Source: Eledone cirrhosa
Lineage: Eukaryota
Length of the DNA stretch: 64,000 nucleotides
NCBI GenBank assembly: GCA_964016885.1
Contig: OZ024741.1
Coordinates: forward strand, 96,224,001-96,288,000
Direction: 5' to 3'
Of the stretch, positions 61,439 through 64,000 are shown piece by piece (position 1 is the first letter of the stretch; each line of letters starts with the position of its first letter). Both the position numbers and the translations under genes were made by a program. The notes beneath the pieces are model-generated. The model had not been told where the DNA came from. It saw only the letters and a list, made by a program, of their open reading frames with translations, and did no database searches.

Positions 61439-61442
<4 letters not shown>
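58120..61442 (-). mobile_element. RTE-clade LINE, apparently full length, inserted in (TA)n
   Basis: Single APE-RT ORF, ~175-210-nt 5' leader starting GTCTTGGGTATGACATTAAACT, and a (TAGA)n tail overlapping the stop codon. (TA)n on both sides. Confidence 0.9.
58133..61267 (-). CDS. Intact RTE ORF: APE endonuclease + reverse transcriptase (1044 aa; first ATG at 61229)
   Basis: GTLNVRT, IQEHR, YSPT, LGDFNAH, IDFIL, SDHR, KKGD..NYRGISL, QNGFR, FIDFRKAFDSV, GVLQGDTLAP, FADD, KIRLF, ETWTL, RRLRLAGH and GRPRLT. No C-terminal CCHC, as expected for RTE. Confidence 0.95.
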   Translation of the reverse strand: MAPVRYCQPLKRNMESRSNSTRVRAPNYTVKEQPGRYDSAGLEPQRGPVDDGSAVSETNIKNAVLSCRRAIKMGTLNVRTIRTLEKREELGHLFEESGIQILAIQEHRILHDEPVRSVMIGRKSQLITTSAVKNTTNAAVGGVGFVFSAKTNLLVREIMPISPRVLRVTFNGNPRLTVISAYSPTEGDSDVNAEEFHEEVCRAVNTTQAHNILLVLGDFNAHLSKEGSEDPCWYFHNNTNRNGRLLRDTLLEANLMATNLRFRKNLGKMWTYISDMHLSKSQIDFILVRKKWRNSVLNTEPYSYFSTLGSDHRLVMSEVRVSLRKSKAQPRRTIYDWGAFKGDDKLQERFTVEVRNRFSALCGESEEREIGWTEESVTRRYGHFTNAVAKASETLVPRKKNKGKHVGSADPKVCAAREHLKAARDQFYADPTEERMETVEVMREELCTAYTEVREEALIEKIRSVERAVDRSGCKESWMIINEITGRKKRCSSQIQGTGPEDRKRKWLDHFRTLLGEPPSTAQITGEIRRLFEELDVETEPFTREELQRAKKKIKEGKAHGEDGVASEVMKWCDFDDIILGFCNGALEKGVAPNQWRISNIVPVPKKGDLSNTNNYRGISLTSLVAKTLNRMILNRIQPEMEKKLRDNQNGFREGRSTTSHILMLRRILEGARAKCLPAVMVFIDFRKAFDSVDRYCLMKILQAYGIPKRIVDLISLLYTNTKAQVITPDGMTEFFEILAGVLQGDTLAPYLFIIVVDYCMRLALEKHQDSGFTVAPAQSRRVGAKKVSDAEFADDIVLVTNTVKEAEDLMREVETVSMSVGLRMNETKTKYLVENVEKPEGITNVGGKPLELIEDFLYLGAKIGNTEDDVVERKSKAWAACHSLRSVWKSDLRRDLKIRLFIAVVESVLLCGSETWTLTKRLTQMVDGCYTRMLRMALNINQYTLRMKNSELYGSLPKVSSKVTQRRLRLAGHAHRHPELTLHSVLLWEPLHGHTGRGRPRLTYVDALRTYTGLLETQDMAAIMGDRDRWRELVHGSREFYPP

Positions 61443-61493
<51 letters not shown>

Positions 61494-61647
61494 TTATATA
61501 TATATACATATATATATATATGTATGCATATATATATATACATACATATATATATATATGCATATATATATATACATATATACATATATATATATATGCA
61601 TATATATATATACATATATACATATATACATATATATATATATATAC

Positions 61648-61744
<97 letters not shown>

Positions 61745-61798
61745 TATATATTTATGAAAATAAACCAAAGAAGCCTTCAATACATCAAAAGTCTTTAT

Positions 61799-61840
61799 TA
61801 GCCAACAATGTTTCGTCCTATTAAGGACTCATCAGGGCAA
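61799..61840 (-). ncRNA. Minimal type I hammerhead ribozyme, canonical core
   Basis: GCC CTGATGA GTCC TTAATA GGAC GAAAC ATT GTT GGC, followed by AATAAA. Confidence 0.85.
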
Positions 61841-62311
61841 TTAAAGCTATAAGAAGCACTATCGGCCAATACAAGCCAAAAACTCAGAAGAATATGGAGT
61901 GTACATACATTAAAGCATAGGAAAATTATCGAGTAAAAATTATCAAGTAAAAATTGCTAAGGAAGTGAATAACATTTAGAACCATATTACAAATATAGTA
62001 CAATGCAAAAACTAAATCTAAACAAAGGTGGTGATATAGAGCGGGAATTATTATACTATATATAATATAATAAAATATAATATAATATAATATAATTGAT
62101 AATGATAATAATAATAATATTAAAAGGCCCAATATACATATATATATATATACACATGTACACATATATACATATATATCAATACACATTTCCATCAATA
62201 CAAGCACAAACTAACACTTATTAAGAGTTTAAATATAAATAAAAATAATAAGAATAAAAATAAAAATAAAAAGGGTGTTTAACTCCAACACACTCTAGTA
62301 TTTTAATTCTT

Positions 62312-62461
<150 letters not shown>

Positions 62462-62462
62462 T

Positions 62463-62898
62463 AGTTATTACAGCAGACACAACACTATACACACTAGTCA
62501 CACAGCAAACATAACACTATACACACACGCAAACGCATGCGCAAAGAAGACAAAATAAAATAAACAAACAAGCAAATAAATAAATAAATATATAGACAGA
62601 CTGAATAAAAAATGGCGTAGACATACAACACACCAGGAGTAAAAAATATAACACCACTGACGATGTTGCAGATGTGCAACGAAAGATTTATGTAAATTAT
62701 GTAAACTATATATATGTGTTTGTGTCTATATTGTATCTGTAGTATTTTTGACCGTCGGTCAGTCAATGGCAACATTGAGGACCGAGTAAGTTAGATCGCA
62801 GATATAAAAGACAGCGAGAAGCGAAAACCAACCAAACAGTGAGTGTGTTCTGTTATTAATTCTGGCAATATTACACAAATATGACCCTCCCCAAGTAT

Positions 62899-62900
<2 letters not shown>
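62463..62900 (+). mobile_element. Solo pseudo-LTR of the PLE-A family
   Basis: Reverse complement of ~10219-10640 with scattered differences; (TA)n flanks. Confidence 0.88.
62655..62692 (+). ncRNA. Minimal hammerhead ribozyme (identical to 10419-10456)
   Basis: CA CTGACGA T GTTGCA GATG TGCAAC GAAA GATT TA TG. Confidence 0.7.
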
Positions 62901-62953
<53 letters not shown>

Positions 62954-63049
62954 ACCCAGTACAGTACAAGTTAAATATAAATTAAGATAAGTGGGAGAAA
63001 GATACATAAGTGAATCAGGTTCCGGCAGCTGTTGGAGCCAATTGTTGGA

Positions 63050-63405
63050 ATGCCACTTTAAATGTTCTCGTCCCGGTGAGATGCATGACCATACCAGGTG
63101 AGCCTCCGTCTTTTTACCATCGCAAAAAGTGACTGTTATCTGCTAATGTAATTGTTGAATTGTTGCCTGACAAAGTTGATATTTCGGTTAATACCCAATT
63201 TTCAAAAGAAAAAGAAAATGGTGTTTGCAGGTGGTGGTGAGCTGGGCTTCTTTGTGCAGATGTGGGGTATCGGTGGGCTGGTAGCGTGTGCTGAAGGGTA
63301 CATTACAATAGTCAACCAGCGTTATGCAATTCACATTTGCGGCTAATATTGATGATAATTGCTTCTTTGATGTTTAAGATTCCTATATGATATGCAATGG
63401 TTTTG
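63050..63405 (-). mobile_element. Decayed retroelement scraps (RTE-like thumb at ~63050-63125; PLE GIY-YIG tail at ~63300-63405)
   Basis: Minus-strand reading gives MVKRRRLTWYGH and IGILNIKEAIII (compare LRIKEALFI at 23584-23762). Confidence 0.45.
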
Positions 63406-63629
63406 ACAGAGTCTTAAATTGGTAGGTGTGACATAGGAGGGATTTGAACTTAGGAAGTAAAGCATCGTAACTAAATATTACAGAAACATCTTTCCGTCTC
63501 TCTTACGATTATTTCGTAAAATATGATAGTATTATATAAGTATGTATACAATCATAAACACACACAAATACTTATAAACACTCTATCTCTCACAGGTGCA
63601 TGCACATGCAAACACATATCACGCAAACG

Positions 63630-63663
<34 letters not shown>

Positions 63664-64000
63664 ATAAATATGTGCACCTATTTATTATATATATGTATGT
63701 GTAGCTATTTACATATAAATTTGTATGTATGTGTCTGTGTATGTATATATGTATCTCAATCACCCTCTCTATCTATCTATCTATCTCAATTTCTATATAG
63801 CTATCTATCTATTTGACGATGTATATAATTAGCGTAGTATTTCACAGACTTATGTATCTGAAGAAGACTGCCGGTTAATGTTTCAGAAGTTTGTGAAACT
63901 TATCTATGGAGGTGTGTTTCAATTTCGATGTCCACTCCTAAAGAGTGAACATTTGACATCAATTATTAAGGTTTCAACTTCTGTTATGGTCACCTATGTA

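Noticed and set aside
63856-63908. CTGAAGA...GAAAC motif near the window end
   Set aside because: Stem II is imperfect and stem III/cleavage site mismatched; possibly a decayed HHR but not supportable.

Overview
Eukaryotic, gene-poor, repeat-dominated DNA: AT-rich with abundant (TA)n/(CA)n/(TATC)n microsatellites. The SINE and LINE repertoire looks cephalopod/octopod-like, which is an inference. No host gene could be supported. The window holds two copies of an L1-clade (Tx1-like) LINE (one near full length but frameshifted, one 5'-truncated with an intact 1153-aa ORF2), an RTE-clade LINE with an intact 1044-aa ORF, and several Penelope-like element (PLE) remnants with RT and GIY-YIG domains and inverted pseudo-LTRs. 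It also has a Chapaev3-like DNA transposon with TIRs and a TTA target duplication, many tRNA-derived SINEs and a mariner-like MITE. The signal the ORF track misses is a dense set of hammerhead ribozyme (HHR) motifs read by eye: about 15 copies with intact or near-intact cores from roughly 9 sequence families, plus decayed or half copies. These include an ORF-less 421-nt tandem/inverted repeat with one minimal HHR per unit (retrozyme-like) and HHRs with ~100-nt stem II insertions. All structures and family names are from manual reading and recall; none was computed or searched.
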